The notes under the pieces: generated by a model | The model's database searches: none | What the model was told of the DNA's origin: nothing | What the model saw: the letters and a program-made list of their open reading frames with translations, nothing else | Made by a program: the position numbers and the translations under genes | In this document: positions 51,549 to 64,000 of the stretch, one piece after another | Layout of the letters: each line of letters opens with the position of its first letter | How positions within the stretch are numbered: the stretch's first letter is position 1 | Source: Dicyema japonicum | Taxonomy: Eukaryota > Animalia > Dicyemida | NCBI GenBank assembly: GCA_011109175.1 | Contig: RDEW01000010.1 | Span: 541,837 to 605,836 of the forward strand | Reading direction: 5' to 3' | Length of the DNA stretch: 64,000 nt

Positions 51549-52139
51549 GTTTAGCCACTAAATCTTTAACGCAGAGAAATTCGATACTTGAATAAAATAA
51601 ATTAATGATTATTAGAAAACACAAAAAGATTCATAGCAGTATTCAATTACTAGTTGAATACTCCATCTGTTTGATTACATAGTAAACGCTTCTCTTCCAC
51701 ACGGACAGAACTATATACTTCTTAGTTTAAATGAGTGGTAAAATTCGAACTAACAATATGAATATGGATAGCGAAAACTCAGTACCGTCCGCCTATATAT
51801 TTCTGTTCCCCCGAAAGCAGTTACGTTTAGTGGAAAGAAGCAGATCCGTTTGAATACCCTTTGTCAAATTTTCTCCATTAAAAGCCCACAAAACAAGAAA
51901 CTAGAAATACAACATAAACCTCAAATCCTAACACAAAATATTACGGATCTAGCCTTTTTAAGAAGCCTAAAAAGATTCTGGATGATCCTATTAGCTACCA
52001 CAAAATTACGCTATTTCCTAGTTAAAGAGTGTATCAACCGAAGTTAGCCTAGAAATGCAAATAAAAAAATCAAATCAATTCCACGTGGATACAGCTATAA
52101 TCAAAAAATCCTAAAAGTAAAACAGAAATAAACAAAATA

Positions 52140-53213
52140 TTAATACTCAACATATTGTAAATGTTTAGTCTTATCAGAAGTCCTAATAGCACTGAGGACA
52201 GAAGTAGTGACTCCCATATCAGTAAAACAAGCCAATTTATAATTATACTGATAGGTCATCTTCTTTTGATCCATATTATATATAAACATATTGTGCAGTG
52301 TATTCATCATATTTATAAACCCAATCTTAAACTCATCATAACACCCATCATCCTCACCCTTCCAGTCCACGTGCTGCCCAGAGGTAGCTAACAGGACTTC
52401 CTGTTTTTCCCCATACAAACTTCTATACAAGCTCAAGTCACGGACCACAAGGTAACCGGCAGAACCGACCATGAGGAGTTCAATGGAATGTTTCTTTTCC
52501 TCATAAAATGCCGCTATCGTCACAAACACATGCACATTACTGCTCAAAACCATCCCAAAGGAGGCTAATGAGTCACAGTGGAGTCCCTCCTGATTCAACA
52601 GACTACCCCAAACTTTCACAGGGGTCATATCGCCCAATATGAAACCAATAATATCCACTATGTTACCCCCATACACGTTGAGGAGTCCCCCACCCATAAA
52701 AGTCTCACATCTCCAGTCATAATTCGATTCCTTCCCACAGAAAGTCTGACAGTTCACAGTGACACGGATATATGAAAGTTTCCCTATATCATCCACGTGG
52801 TTCTTCAGTGAACAGTATGCTTCGTTGAATCGGAGAGGGTTGAATGGCATGGAAAGTAGTTGTGGGTAATATAGTCCGGCCTCCACCATTTTTGTCATCT
52901 CATGACGGTCTACTCCGGGACAGTTGTTACAGATCACGTGCTTTCCAATACTGACGGCTCTGGTGGCGATTGGGATGGCGAAGTGGGAAGCACTGAAAAC
53001 GATGACTAAATCGACATCCTTCCGCATTATTATTTCATTGTAGTCGCTGGAATAGTAGGGAATGTTGTGCTTTTTGGATATTTCGGCGGCTTTTGATAGC
53101 TGCTTGTCCCACAGGGATGTTATGGTAAAATTCTTTGAACGGAGTTTGTTTATCATGTAAACTGTGTAAGGTTCTATGCCGAAAATCCCGACCAAAATTT
53201 GATAATCTTTCAT
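52140..53213 (-). CDS. GFOD: Gfo/Idh/MocA oxidoreductase, GFOD1/2-like (intronless)
   Basis: 357-aa ORF: VGIFG..; DVDLVIV; IGKHVIC; YYPQLLS..LRF; YDWRCETFMGGGLL; VVGSAG. Confidence 0.9.
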   Translation of the reverse strand: MKDYQILVGIFGIEPYTVYMINKLRSKNFTITSLWDKQLSKAAEISKKHNIPYYSSDYNEIIMRKDVDLVIVFSASHFAIPIATRAVSIGKHVICNNCPGVDRHEMTKMVEAGLYYPQLLSMPFNPLRFNEAYCSLKNHVDDIGKLSYIRVTVNCQTFCGKESNYDWRCETFMGGGLLNVYGGNIVDIIGFILGDMTPVKVWGSLLNQEGLHCDSLASFGMVLSSNVHVFVTIAAFYEEKKHSIELLMVGSAGYLVVRDLSLYRSLYGEKQEVLLATSGQHVDWKGEDDGCYDEFKIGFINMMNTLHNMFIYNMDQKKMTYQYNYKLACFTDMGVTTSVLSAIRTSDKTKHLQYVEY

Positions 53214-53639
53214 TTTTAGAAGGTACGTTCAATAAATAGATCACAAAGAGCAATAATATGCATACTAACTATTTATTTTTCTAAAAAATATCAATAAACA
53301 TTTTTGAATAAAAATTAATATACAATAAATATTAAATAATTTTTATAACACCAGATATTCAATAATTGAACCGCCTAATTAGATATCTCGACAACAAAAT
53401 TTTAACAATTCCTTCTAGAAGATTCTGAAATGCAATAAAGCGCACTTCAAATAATAGGTTGGTGTTGCTTCCAGCAATTAAGAATACACAAAAATTTGCA
53501 GACAAGTTATTCAAATTTCCTTTATCGATCAGTTATGAAAATTTTGTTATTATTATCATTAGCACTTTTACGAGAGCCATAATATTTATAGCCCCGCATC
53601 TGCAGCAAAAAATATAAGATAGAGTTAGCTTGTTCCAAG

Positions 53640-54570
53640 CTTTTCTGTTCTTAGCCAGATCCCTCACTGTGTCCAGGTCGTCGCCAGATGCCAATGTTTT
53701 ATTTACGACTTTCAGATCGTTTTTTAAAACGACCGGGAGAGTTGTTCTCGGTCTTCCACGAAAGCGTTTTACATGAGAAAAGTATTAATTTTCCATGGCG
53801 ATATTCGGAAAGGGGGCATGTCGGGTCCAACTTCAGGACGTGTCCAAAAAGTCTCCAACGAGAGCTAATGATCTCGGCTTATTGGTGTAACAGTCACATT
53901 ATTGCAGTCCTTTCTGCGAGATCTTGGATGGCCAGGACATTCCAGTTATGTTTCTTAGATGATTCCTTTGAAATGAGTCTAGCCTCTCCAATTCCTCTTT
54001 AGAGGTGGCCCAGGTCCCAGAGTTGTATAGGAGGATTGGTTTGATAAAGGTGTCGTATAACATTATCCTTTGTTTTATGTTATATCCTTTCCGTTTTAGC
54101 CAAAGATTTTTCAGCCTTTGTAATGCCGCATTTGCCAATGTTTTTCTCCGTATGATGTCTTCGCTATCTCCTAGTAGAGAGCCAATTTTTTATTGTGTCT
54201 CCATTTCTCTTCGAGTGAGTTATTAATTCGTCTTATTTCTGTCCGTTCTGTTTTTTCTCTGTTCACGGTGAGAAACCATTTCCCAGGAATATCTGATGCT
54301 TTTTCTAGTACATGTTCCAGGAGTTTTTGTCTTCGGAGATTATGTCGACATCAGCATAAATCACTTCTATTTTTCCTTGGTGTAATGGTCTCAGTTCCCT
54401 CAGCGGCTCCAAGTATATTGTGAATAGTAGGGAGAGAGGAGTCTCCTTGAGGAGTGCCTGTGTTTGTTTCAAATTTTCTTGAGTAGGTTTTTCCAACTCT
54501 CATAAGGAGCTCTGTGTTAGATAGAAGGATTTTGATCATTCTTAGACTCAATTCGTCAAGAAACCCTTTT
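53640..54570 (-). mobile_element. RTE-type LINE RT and 3' end
   Basis: TGTPQGDS.SP.LFTIYLE; YAD.; LGSLLG..DI.RRK.LANAA; IKPILLYNSGTW; RWRLFGHVL. Confidence 0.88.
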
Positions 54571-54679
54571 TGTTTTTCTGAGAGAACTAATTAAGGAATG
54601 TTCGAAATCTTCAGACATCTCATCAGTTCTTCGTATTGTGTCGTTATTGAATAGAATATTTTTTTAGTAATTGGAAAAT

Positions 54680-54880
54680 TCAGGTGATCTTGTCCTCAGC
54701 AATCTTCGCTTGCTCGAACTTGAAGGAAGTGCCACCCTCTGGATGGTTGTTGACTAATGGTCCTTTTTGGATATAATTTAGGATTATATCTGGCGCCACC
54801 AGAGATAGAGAGCCACATAGACGCTAACAATTCAAGCTCACTGGAGCCTAAATAAACAGGAGAAACGAAAGAAACAAACA
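54680..54880 (-). mobile_element. Short non-autonomous derivative (S1 family)
   Basis: Homologous to 150-425, including the leader gagcttgaattgttagcg and the 5' fold. Confidence 0.75.
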
Positions 54881-56259
54881 AAAAATCTTAAATTCAAGAT
54901 GTTGTCATATATAAGAATGAATGAATAAAAGATCAAGTAAGAGTGAGTTGTTTGTATCATTATTTAATTTATTAAACAATAAACAAAAAGCAAGTAATTT
55001 ACTTTGATGTATAATCGCTTTTTTCCTCGCTGTTGATCAAAGATTATTTTCAATGTTGATCAAAGATAAACTTGACAGGCGCTGATTTGACATCGAAGAC
55101 TTCAAATATGTTTGTATCTGTTTTAACTTTGAAAAAGTCGTTCAACTATCAATTGAGTAGCCAACTGTGAGTAATAAACGATATTCAATCGTCATAGCAA
55201 GCAGAACATTACTGATTGCGCTTCATCAAGAAGAGCGATGCAGGGTTTTCAAGATAAGTGAGAAATGCGTAAAATCAATCCGAGAATTAAATCATTTTTA
55301 CTGTCATTAGTGATAACATTTATCTTAAATCAATCATAATTTAACAATCACTTTATTATGTTTAATTACAGTACAAACTCGCCCGATAAAACCCCTGCTT
55401 GGGGCACCCTCTGTATATGGAGCACCCTCTATATTTGGGTCACCTTTTTATAAAGTTCATTTATGATAGTTTATTTATTTTCCGACCAATAAAATAATAA
55501 TACTAAAAACCATCGACCCCGCTTATTGGCGCATTTTTATTTAATAAAATTTTATTTATTATTTTAAATTATAGAGTGCCTTTTTTAAACCATGCAAGAA
55601 AGCTTTCTTGTGCCTTGAAGCAAAAATTTTTGAAGCCTTAGCAAGAAACTCTATGTCCTTAAAATAAGTATCTAAGACGTATAAAGTTAGGAAAGGAACA
55701 GTATCTATAATAAAAATGGAGACTAGAAAAGGATTTGATTCTGCTAACCTTATTGCTGAAAAGGTCCTATATAATAATATCAATCAGATCTTTCATCAAA
55801 ATCCGGTCGTCTAGTTTTTGAACTTTTCAGAAACCTGAGACAAGATGGAATTTCAGTTTCCGGATGTTTGATTAAAAACATTGTCAGAACTATCGGACCG
55901 TTTTAAGAAGCGTCGTGAACTATCTTTTAAAAACAATTTCTGTTCTCTAGGAAACGATTTGTATCGACGATATTTATGAAAATTATTATGAGACTCAAAG
56001 GCCTGAAGGTCTCTAGTTCAAATCCCGATACTGTACATTACTGTTGACGGTTCCACGCATCAAAATGCTTTGGCTTGACGAGAACGCCGTCATCAGTGAA
56101 TATTTCACTGCGGAACCGGATCGTCAATGAAGGACATACACCCAAGAAAAATAAAAAACGAAGAAATGAAGAGCATTCCTTGATTCTCCCTCATCAATTA
56201 GCTATGATAACTGTTCTTTGCTTAAAATAAAGTGTGTGTTCTGTCTGAGGGGAGCGATA

Positions 56260-56830
56260 GCTGATATGGCTCCTCGGAAAGTGCGATGATAGTGCATAGT
56301 GCATAAACGCAACCTTTGAGAGACCTGACTTTTGATTGGCAGGCCTTCCGCGAATTTGGATTCCTTCAATTCAAGCACTTCTCTCTATAAGTGCATTGAG
56401 CTGGTGTGCCCGAATCCTTGGAAACTATAGCACTAGATTGCTGTTGGTCGTTCTAGGGTCACACTGAACCTAAAGTAACCAATGCGTACTTTCTCGAGGC
56501 TGATCCTCTCTGTCTCTGCTCCAGAGCAAAGCCAGACCTTCATGGTCCGGAGTCTGCTTCCTCCATTTGTGAAGTCCTTCTTGATGTGTTCCAGTACATC
56601 ATCATCCACGAATTCCAGAGGGACTCCGAAGGCTAGCACTATTGAATCCGAAGCCTTAGGAATGACTTGTGACATGTTATGTGCCCCGGGCCCAAGAGGT
56701 ACCTTAGTATTGACCTCAGCTTCGAAAGCTGTAGCGTAGTCCTCATTCCTGAATCCCAGCAACAAGTGGGATTCTCCGCGTTTGATAACTCTTCCTTTGT
56801 AGCCAGAGACCTATGCCGCACAGGAGCTTA
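56260..56830 (-). mobile_element. LINE ORF1 (gag-like) remnant with zinc knuckles
   Basis: IVLAFGVPLEF..VRIGYFRFSV, followed by a broken CY..QGFGHT / C.N / C..C. Confidence 0.65.
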
Positions 56831-57699
56831 ATGACTCCCACCTTCGGCACCTCTAACCGGACTAGTGTAGTAAGTCCCATTCCAACCTTATTTCAACTTT
56901 TCTGTCTTTTCAAAAAAAGTCTAACTTAAATCAGAATTAAACTTAAAACTTATCATTTCTAACCGAAAAATGTGAGCCTTTTCACGTAATCTCCGTTTTT
57001 TGAGTAATTATATTCTCAGGATCAATTCAACATAAGGTCTGTTTAATTTGTTTATATTCGAAAATATCTCTGACAAAACCCTTAAATTGAGACACAATGA
57101 AGCACTAAAGCCATGCTTTTAAAATTAAAAGAAAATCTTCCACGTCCATCTCTTAGGTTTATTGAAAAGAAACATCGATCAAACTCTCACTATCTTTTAT
57201 TTTCATATTTTAATAGGAATAGAAAACCTGCATACTGAACAATCTTTTAAAACGGCTTCAATAACATTTCTTTTGATGGCAAAATATGAATATGAACACT
57301 CTGATTAAATCGTTGATTCAGGAATGATTATTTATTTGCAGAGCCTAAGCTATTGTATGCATTTTGGATTAAAAATTAAGGTTAGAGATTAGGGGTTAGA
57401 ACATTCATTATTGTTTCATATTCAAAATATGTTTAACGTAACCTATTAATTTAAAGAAAGGCACTAACATCCTTGAGCACACATCCTTGTCCAATAATGA
57501 AACTAAAAAATAATAATAACGATTTATTACAAAAGAGGAGTTTTCTGAGGGTATTACAAGGGTATAACATCTGAAACTAAAAAAATGCGGGAAAATAATT
57601 TAAATATTCTTTATCGGTTAAATGTGACAGTTGTCAGATTACAAATGACCGGTGATGGTAACCAGTCCAGCATGTCACATAATAACGTGAACTCTATGG

Positions 57700-57755
57700 C
57701 TTGGATCCCCTGCCAGGGGCGAATACCCCTATGGCCCCCTCTAGGCACGCCCCTG
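57700..57755 (-). repeat. PIF/Harbinger-MITE-like terminus
   Basis: CAGGGGCGTGCCTAGAGGGGG. Confidence 0.35.
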
Positions 57756-58621
57756 CTTATACCTTATCCATATCTCGGCAAATCTCCTTTCTTCACTACT
57801 GAATATGTAAATTCAGTTTGATCAGTGTTCATCTTTAATAACTATTTTTTGAATGTGATAGAGATCGTTGTGAGTATACTCGAATGTTTCGGCGTTGTCG
57901 TAGAAAAGTATAATTCAGCACGCAAATTATTTCCTAGCATTGACTTTTGATCGACGACTTGAAATTCCTCAACATAGCCTCAAAGTAGATAACAGTACAG
58001 GGAGAGAGCTATTTTGTAATCTTCATGTTTGAAAGAACTTAGAAGTAGATTTTATAATTTTTTAGTCACGTGTCTTCTAGCAATAATCAGATCATTTTAA
58101 ATTTTTCTGCGTGGAGTAGAATCATAAAGACATTTAGGACACGATTCTAAGAACTAAGTGACACACTAGAGACATACCAATCCTAAATCCTCTTATATAT
58201 TTCTTGTACTTCGGTTCTAAACCCCCAGAGAATCTGTGCGCCTAGATTACTCAACGGCCGAATTTTTTTTCCTATTAAAATTCCGTTAAAGAAATATCAC
58301 ATCTGCAATCGATAAATATAATAATAGGGTTCATCTTATTTAAAGTGAATCAGAGGATCGTTTTAAAAAGTTGAGACTTAAGAGTGTCACAAGTGGGCCT
58401 TCTGGCTGGAAAACACAAGTTATCACGTGTATTTTGTGGTTCATTCAATTAAAGTTTGTATAGACTTGTTAGTTGATTCAGATATGTCGCATTCCTTTAA
58501 CTGTTTGCTAAAACAGAGTCAATTTTGAGCCCATGGATAACAATTATGACAGATTTTTTAAAATTTGGATTAATTTTGTTGCACGTTTTCTCTTATATTA
58601 TTAATGCCGCTCGCATCATTA

Positions 58622-58800
58622 TTATTATTATTATTACCCCCAGGATCACTGGGTCAAAGAGAAAGAAATAAAAGTTCTCATCTAACTAAGTGATCCCAGA
58701 CCGACAAACGTAAGGACGAGTCCGGCGGGGTCGAGAATCCTGAACAGCTCTTCTCATTGGACATGGCATCGGCTCAAAATTTCTGTATGATTGTAGATAA
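58622..58800 (-). mobile_element. Ingi/Vingi-like 3' end fragment (E)
   Basis: ctgggatcactTAG...cccagtgatcctggggg followed by a (taa)n tail. Confidence 0.7.
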
Positions 58801-58819
58801 TTCGATAGTATTCGGAATA

Positions 58820-59545
58820 GAGGGCAGCTCGGTAGAATAGCCTCCTTTAATAGTTTCCGTTGTAGTTCGATTAAAAAGTTTAATCTTAAATTTTTAGATC
58901 AGAAATTTCAAACGGTGTGCTGTGAGACAATTTCAAATGTTCCCTCAGCCAAATAGAAATTTGAATAAATGGTTCCTAGCAAAATGAATAGACAATTGAC
59001 TTCCAAGCATCTGGACTATTAAAAAAATCTCTGGATTATTTTATGCATTTGAAAAAAACAACACAAGTATTATTTAGTTTTTACTATGTATTGTAGATCC
59101 AGTCAAATGTTATTTAGTGATACTTTTTTAAGCTCAACGGAATCATTGAGATGTTCATATCTGATTTCTGAATTGATAGCAAAAAAACTGAAACCTCATA
59201 CCATTGGCGAAAATATGATGATCCTTTTTGTGTCAATCAGAACACTTATCTGTTGAAAAATGAAGAACTTATTGAACTGTATAATGATCGATCCTTAAAA
59301 TTAATGATACTGGAGTTGGATATTAGAAAATTCTGGGTTTATGTTCGAAGCACTGACGATTATTTTACAATTTTCGGCCACATATTTATGCGAAACAGGT
59401 TTTTCTACGATGCATATTAAATACAACAAACGGGTTTGAAAAATATTGATGAAGAAAAGCAAGTGGCGTTGTCAAACATTCGACGAGATATTGATGACAT
59501 AGTGAATCATAATTCAATTACCAATTCTCACTGCATTCTCTAATT
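58820..59545 (+). mobile_element. hAT (Charlie/Buster-like) transposase C-terminal remnant
   Basis: DPF..EELIEL..D.SLK..KFW..TYLCETGFS..VALS.I. Confidence 0.7.
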
Positions 59546-59977
59546 TATTGTTTTATATTAATAAAAATTTGTCCATTAAATTAACATTTTTATCCTCACT
59601 TTTACGTATCCGAAAAATTTATTTATTTTTAATGTGTGCTGTGGATTATTTTATTTTACGATTAGTGTGCCACGAGAATTATTTTCTGAAAACCTCTGCT
59701 TTAGATATTTCTCCACCGGAATATTTTGTAGAGACTTCATATTCTAATCAATAAAATGTATGCGGAAATTAACATGATTTATTACATTCTGAATATTAAT
59801 GAAGTCTGGTTAAAAATTGAAATAGTGACGTTAAAGCGAAACCAGTTAGTGAGGGTGTTAATTTGTTGAAAGGTTGAGGCGCTGAGGTACCACTATAGCG
59901 TGGAATATTTACCACGTTTCATGATGAATAAAAGACCTCATCTTCTTTCTTCTAGCGAGCAGGGAGAAGGTGACGGG

Positions 59978-60490
59978 TTTTTTAACCCAAGATCACCGGA
60001 TTAGAAAAAAGTTAAAAGTTAACTACTAACTAAGTGATCCCGGTTTTTCGGGTTCTGGCTCCCGTTCGGGGTCCTCGAGGATCCAACAGAATTGGTAAAA
60101 ACGGGGATTGTCTCATTCTCCATAGATTCCCCGCATTTTCTAGTTAGTCAGATATAGAGAGTGAAAGCGGACAGCCGGTTTTCACTGCCCACTGGAGAAA
60201 TGACTTCACCTTAGATGTTCTTTAACATTCAATACGTTATTCACAGTTTTCTTATTAATTATTTTCAAGTTGTGCGGTTCTAATTTTTGAGACGACGATT
60301 CAGAAATCATCGAGCTCCAGGAAGGAAATGCGTATTCTATTACGGCAGTATGTATTGTCTGTAATGTGACGGGTTCAGGAGACATTAGATACTTGATGTT
60401 TTGAAACAAGGAAGTTTCGGGTGGAGGGCATCACTTCATTCTTAGGCGGGAGATTTTTCATAATGGTAATCAGTGGAGTTGATAAGGGTA
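59978..60490 (-). mobile_element. Ingi/Vingi-like 3' fragment (D)
   Basis: VIEYAFPSWS..QKLE; ccgggatcactTAG...ccggtgatcttgggtt. Confidence 0.7.
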
Positions 60491-60499
60491 TAATAGTTT

Positions 60500-63063
60500 A
60501 TTTTATTTTTTTTATTTAACCCAAGAACACCAATAGTTAATTTAATTGTATTAAACTAATTAGGTGATCCCGGCCGCCTCCATCAGGTCTCTCATCTTTT
60601 CCGGTGGACCTTCCGAGATCCAACACAGCTTCTTTGAGGGCGGGAGGGTTTTGAAAGAAATACAAGAGGGGTGATTTAAAGTCTTCTAGTAAGACCCAAA
60701 CCAAGCTTTCTTTCTTCGTAAAAGGTATTTTAGTTTGGTTGATAAATAAATCAACGGTCATTCTTCCAAGACGTTTGTCTGAGGTAAATAGGGATGTGGA
60801 GGACTTCTCAGGAGATATATCAAGTCTGTTGGAGATTAACCAATTTTGAATCACGTGTAGTTGTTTTTGAACTCTTTCTGAGGCTTTTAGGAGATCCTGG
60901 TCACGGGATCCAATTAGAATGTCATCAGCATAGGAAAGGAGAAGATCGTCTTTATCAACTGATCGTGGCAAATCGGACATAAAAAGGTTGAATAAGGCGG
61001 GGGACAGAGGAGAGCCTTGCGGAACACCATTGGGAAGTAGTCTCGAAAGTGATTTGGTCCCATCCATACAAACCCGGGCCCTTCTCCCGCTGAGGAAATT
61101 CGAAAGCCAGAGTTTTAGATTGGGGTTAATGGAGAGTCTAAATAATTTCCTGGTTAAGATTTTCCTGGAGACAGAGTCAAAGGCTTTACGTAGATCCACA
61201 GAGCAGACGATGGTTTTGAGGTGACGAGGACTGAGTTGAGCCATCGAGGATATTGATTGAGAGAAGTAAGGTGGGTGGACGTTGAATAGAACTTCCTGAA
61301 GCCATGTTGAGAGGAATTAAGGGGAAGGGACGGGGAAATGAGATCAAGTACCAGTTTTTCCAATAATTTTGAAAATGAACATAATAGAGAAATTGGTCGG
61401 TATAAAGCGGGATTGTTTTTGTCCTTGCCAGGTTTTGGTATTGGGCGTATGTGGGAAAGTTTCCAAATCGTAGGGATGGAATTCATGTTCAAAGAATAGT
61501 TGAAAATAAGGGAGATTACCCCAATAGTAACCGGTCCAAGGTGTTTAAGAAGTATTGAAGGGATGCCATCTGGACCACAAGAGCGGGAGGAATTAATCAT
61601 TCTCAAGCCTTCGAATACGTTTGAATGAGAAATAAAGGTGATCGGCGGGATTCTTTTAGGTCTCATCGAGAACAAAGATGGTCCATCCATTTTCTTGAAG
61701 GTTTTGTGACTTATACCGGTATAATACTTCATTAGTTTATTTAAGCTGTGTTGGTCTGTCTTTTGTTTCGAGGTGGAGTTTTCTTTAGGGCCAAGTCTTT
61801 TTATTGCCTTCCAGACCATCTGGGCAGATTTATGAAATGGGAGAGAGCAGATTCGCTTTTCCCACTTGTTTGCTTCACCCTTCTGATCCTTCTTGAAATT
61901 TCATCATTGAGAGACTTTGTCTGGGATTTCTGTCCCGGGAGGGGAGGTACGTGTCTTTTCAAGCGGTTTCTTTCTCTGATTAGTGATTTGGTATTCTGAT
62001 CCAAAATTCGTTGTATTTGAACCTTCCACAAATGAATCTACTACGAGCATCAAGAATTATTTTGTTCAAATGGTCGACGCCTCATCAATAGAACGGAATA
62101 TGTTCAAGTCAAAGCAAAGTAGAGCCTGGTCAACTTGTTTTGAGTAGCCGTCCCAATTTGCTTTTTTGTAGTTGAAGAAAGAAACAGTTGTTTTTGGATG
62201 ATAGAGAAATTTTTTGAATCGAATGATTATTGGATTATGATCGGAGGATAATCCGTAATGTACTGTCCATGAAATGTTGGGTCCAAAGTAGATGAACAGA
62301 AAGTGATGTAGATGAAGTCACCTTCCTTGAATGGAGTTCTCGTATGCATAGTGGGGCTGTTGAGCATTGTCATGGAGGAGGGTTGGTTTATTAGGGATAG
62401 TCCTCTTGAGTCAGTTGTTTGTGATTTCAACCAGGCAGGGAGCTTTGCATTAAAATCTCCACAAGTATTAGGTTTTCTAGGTTGTTTAGTCTGGATAAGT
62501 CCAACAAGAATCCTTTCGGGCAAGAGGACGGACATATATGTTAGCAATTTTGAGAGTACTCGATCCGTTTGATATTGAAATTCCGGAGATTTCCGTGGTC
62601 CCATCGTTAGTTAGCGACGTAAGTTCAGCGGATATGTCAGAATAACGGAGGTTCTTTCTGATGATGGTAAGAAGGCCTCCACCGAGGCGGTTCGGGCGAT
62701 CTAGGCGGATGCAGTCGAAACCTGGAAAATGAGGAGTAGTCGCGGACTGAGTCAACTTGCTTTCTTGAAGCAGGATCACGTCAATGTTTTGGTTGTTTGT
62801 GAAGGATCTTAATTCGAGAATTTTGCTCTTTATTCCGTTGATGTTAATCTGCAGAATTGAAAGTTGGGGACCTGGGTTGAGTTCGATGTCGCCAGAGAGT
62901 AGTAGAAGGATCCCATTGATAGTTGATGGGAGAAGAGTTGAAGGAAGCCGTCCGAAAGAACCAACTTCGGATGGGGGTGAGCAAATGGTCCTTTTCCTAG
63001 GTGCATTAGGTGCACCCTGAGCGCCTTCAGAAACGTTATGACTGGTAGACCACATGACACCAC
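60500..63063 (-). mobile_element. Ingi/Vingi-like LINE copy A2, near full length, frameshifted
   Basis: ATG at 63055 inside the 5' fold, in frame with LLLSGDIELNPGP and APE. RT motifs YRPISLL, QHGF, VDLRKAFDSV, GVPQGSPLSP, SYADD. Confidence 0.92.
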
Positions 63064-63189
63064 GTTTAACGTTAGTACTTTATTGTAAAATAATCAGAAA
63101 TCTTTAATGTTTGAATTAATTAAAATAACTAGTAACCAACATTTAATAAATAATTTAAATTTTAAATTAATTTTATTAGTTTTTTTTAA

Positions 63190-63607
63190 ATGGGAAGAAG
63201 CTACGAGTGTCTTTATTGTGGGAAGAGGTTCAAAGACGTCTTAAGTAACCGTAAGAAGCACCTCAACTCAATTGTTCACAAAAGATTAAAAGATGAGTAC
63301 TATCAAATATACACAGGTACTTCAAAAAACTTATTTATAAATGAAGATCCATTTGGAGTATATGAAAGGGAAAAAAACAAGAAACCCTGCATTCATGCTA
63401 TTAAAGGGATATGTAAATATGGTCTACAATGCAACTATTCTCACGTGACTGGTGAACGAATGAGAAATTTGATTAAAATCAGTTTATGTGAATAATTATT
63501 ATATAGTTGGTGATGTGAGGCAAAATTATTTAACTGACTACCAAATATCTCTAAGAACTGTCGAAGACTGGGTTAGTCAAAACAAACAATGTTTAAATAG
63601 ACTTTGA
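63190..63607 (+). CDS. ZMAT5: Zinc finger matrin-type 5 (U11/U12 snRNP 20K-like)
   Basis: MGRSYECLYC...NRKKHLN..H (matrin ZnF); KKPC...G.C.YG..C.YSH (CCCH); VEDW. Two micro-introns. Confidence 0.88.
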
Positions 63608-63713
63608 AATCACTTTTATTTTTTTAAATTTAAAGTTAAATTTTTATTTTCATTTTATAATTTCTACTCGCTGATTTTTAAATCTATGTCGTTTATTTAA
63701 GGACGAACCTACT

Positions 63714-64000
63714 TCACCCTACTAATCCACCTCTCTTCTGAAGCGGATACCTGTAATGTACTATTGGAGGATGGATCTGGTCGGCACAAGCAGACGTTCT
63801 CCTTTGGGTTCCTTCCTTGGATTTATTAGTTATGTCTGATTGAGCTGGATTCACCAAATATTGTAATCCTGGAGTTAATAAATAAATCTGAGAATTTAGA
63901 CACCCAAAAGTGAGAAATTGAATGCAATACAAAAGATTAATTCTTCGCGACCAAATTGTGCCTGTATAAAATGCAATGAACAGCATCGCATTTGGGAATT
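63714..64000 (-). CDS. 3' part of an unidentified, possibly membrane-protein gene running off the window
   Basis: Open hydrophobic frame (LFIAFYTGTIWSRRINLLYCIQFLTF), convergent with ZMAT5. Confidence 0.3.
   Translation of the reverse strand, partial: FPNAMLFIAFYTGTIWSRRINLLYCIQFLTFGCLNSQIYLLTPGLQYLVNPAQSDITNKSKEGTQRRTSACADQIHPPIVHYRYPLQKRGGLVG

Noticed and set aside
52140-53213. Intronless oxidoreductase as a possible bacterial horizontal transfer
   Set aside because: The sequence follows animal GFOD1/2 motifs, and those genes are themselves intron-poor.
57377-57400. TTAGGG-like run
   Set aside because: Too short and degenerate to be a telomeric or interstitial telomeric array.

Overview
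This is AT-rich eukaryotic genomic DNA in the standard code. It carries animal-like genes split by ultra-short GT-AG introns (mostly 21-27 nt), which suggests a dicyemid-type or similarly reduced parasite (inference). Host genes supported by spliced translation: VPS39 (3175-6212), an eIF4G-like gene (17834-21543), RBBP4/7 (32203-33550), MALSU1 (minus), CWF19L1, GFOD1/2-like (minus), ZMAT5, tRNA-Gly(CCC) and a decayed 5' half of 18S rDNA. Between them lie many decayed mobile elements: RTE, CRE-type, Jockey/I-like LINEs, MULE, Tc1, hAT, pogo and possibly Gypsy and Polinton remnants. The most notable signal is a diversified family of single-ORF APE-RT retroelements with Ingi/Vingi-like architecture, plus short non-autonomous derivatives. 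They share (i) a covarying ~65-nt 5' RNA fold with HDV-ribozyme topology but a non-canonical core, overlapping the start codon; (ii) a 2A/StopGo motif (GD[IV]ExNPGP) just before the endonuclease; and (iii) a covarying 3' element in which the sequence at the stop codon and a terminal hairpin compete for the same strand. The assembly shows N-junction duplications and homopolymer indels, so frameshifts must be read with caution.
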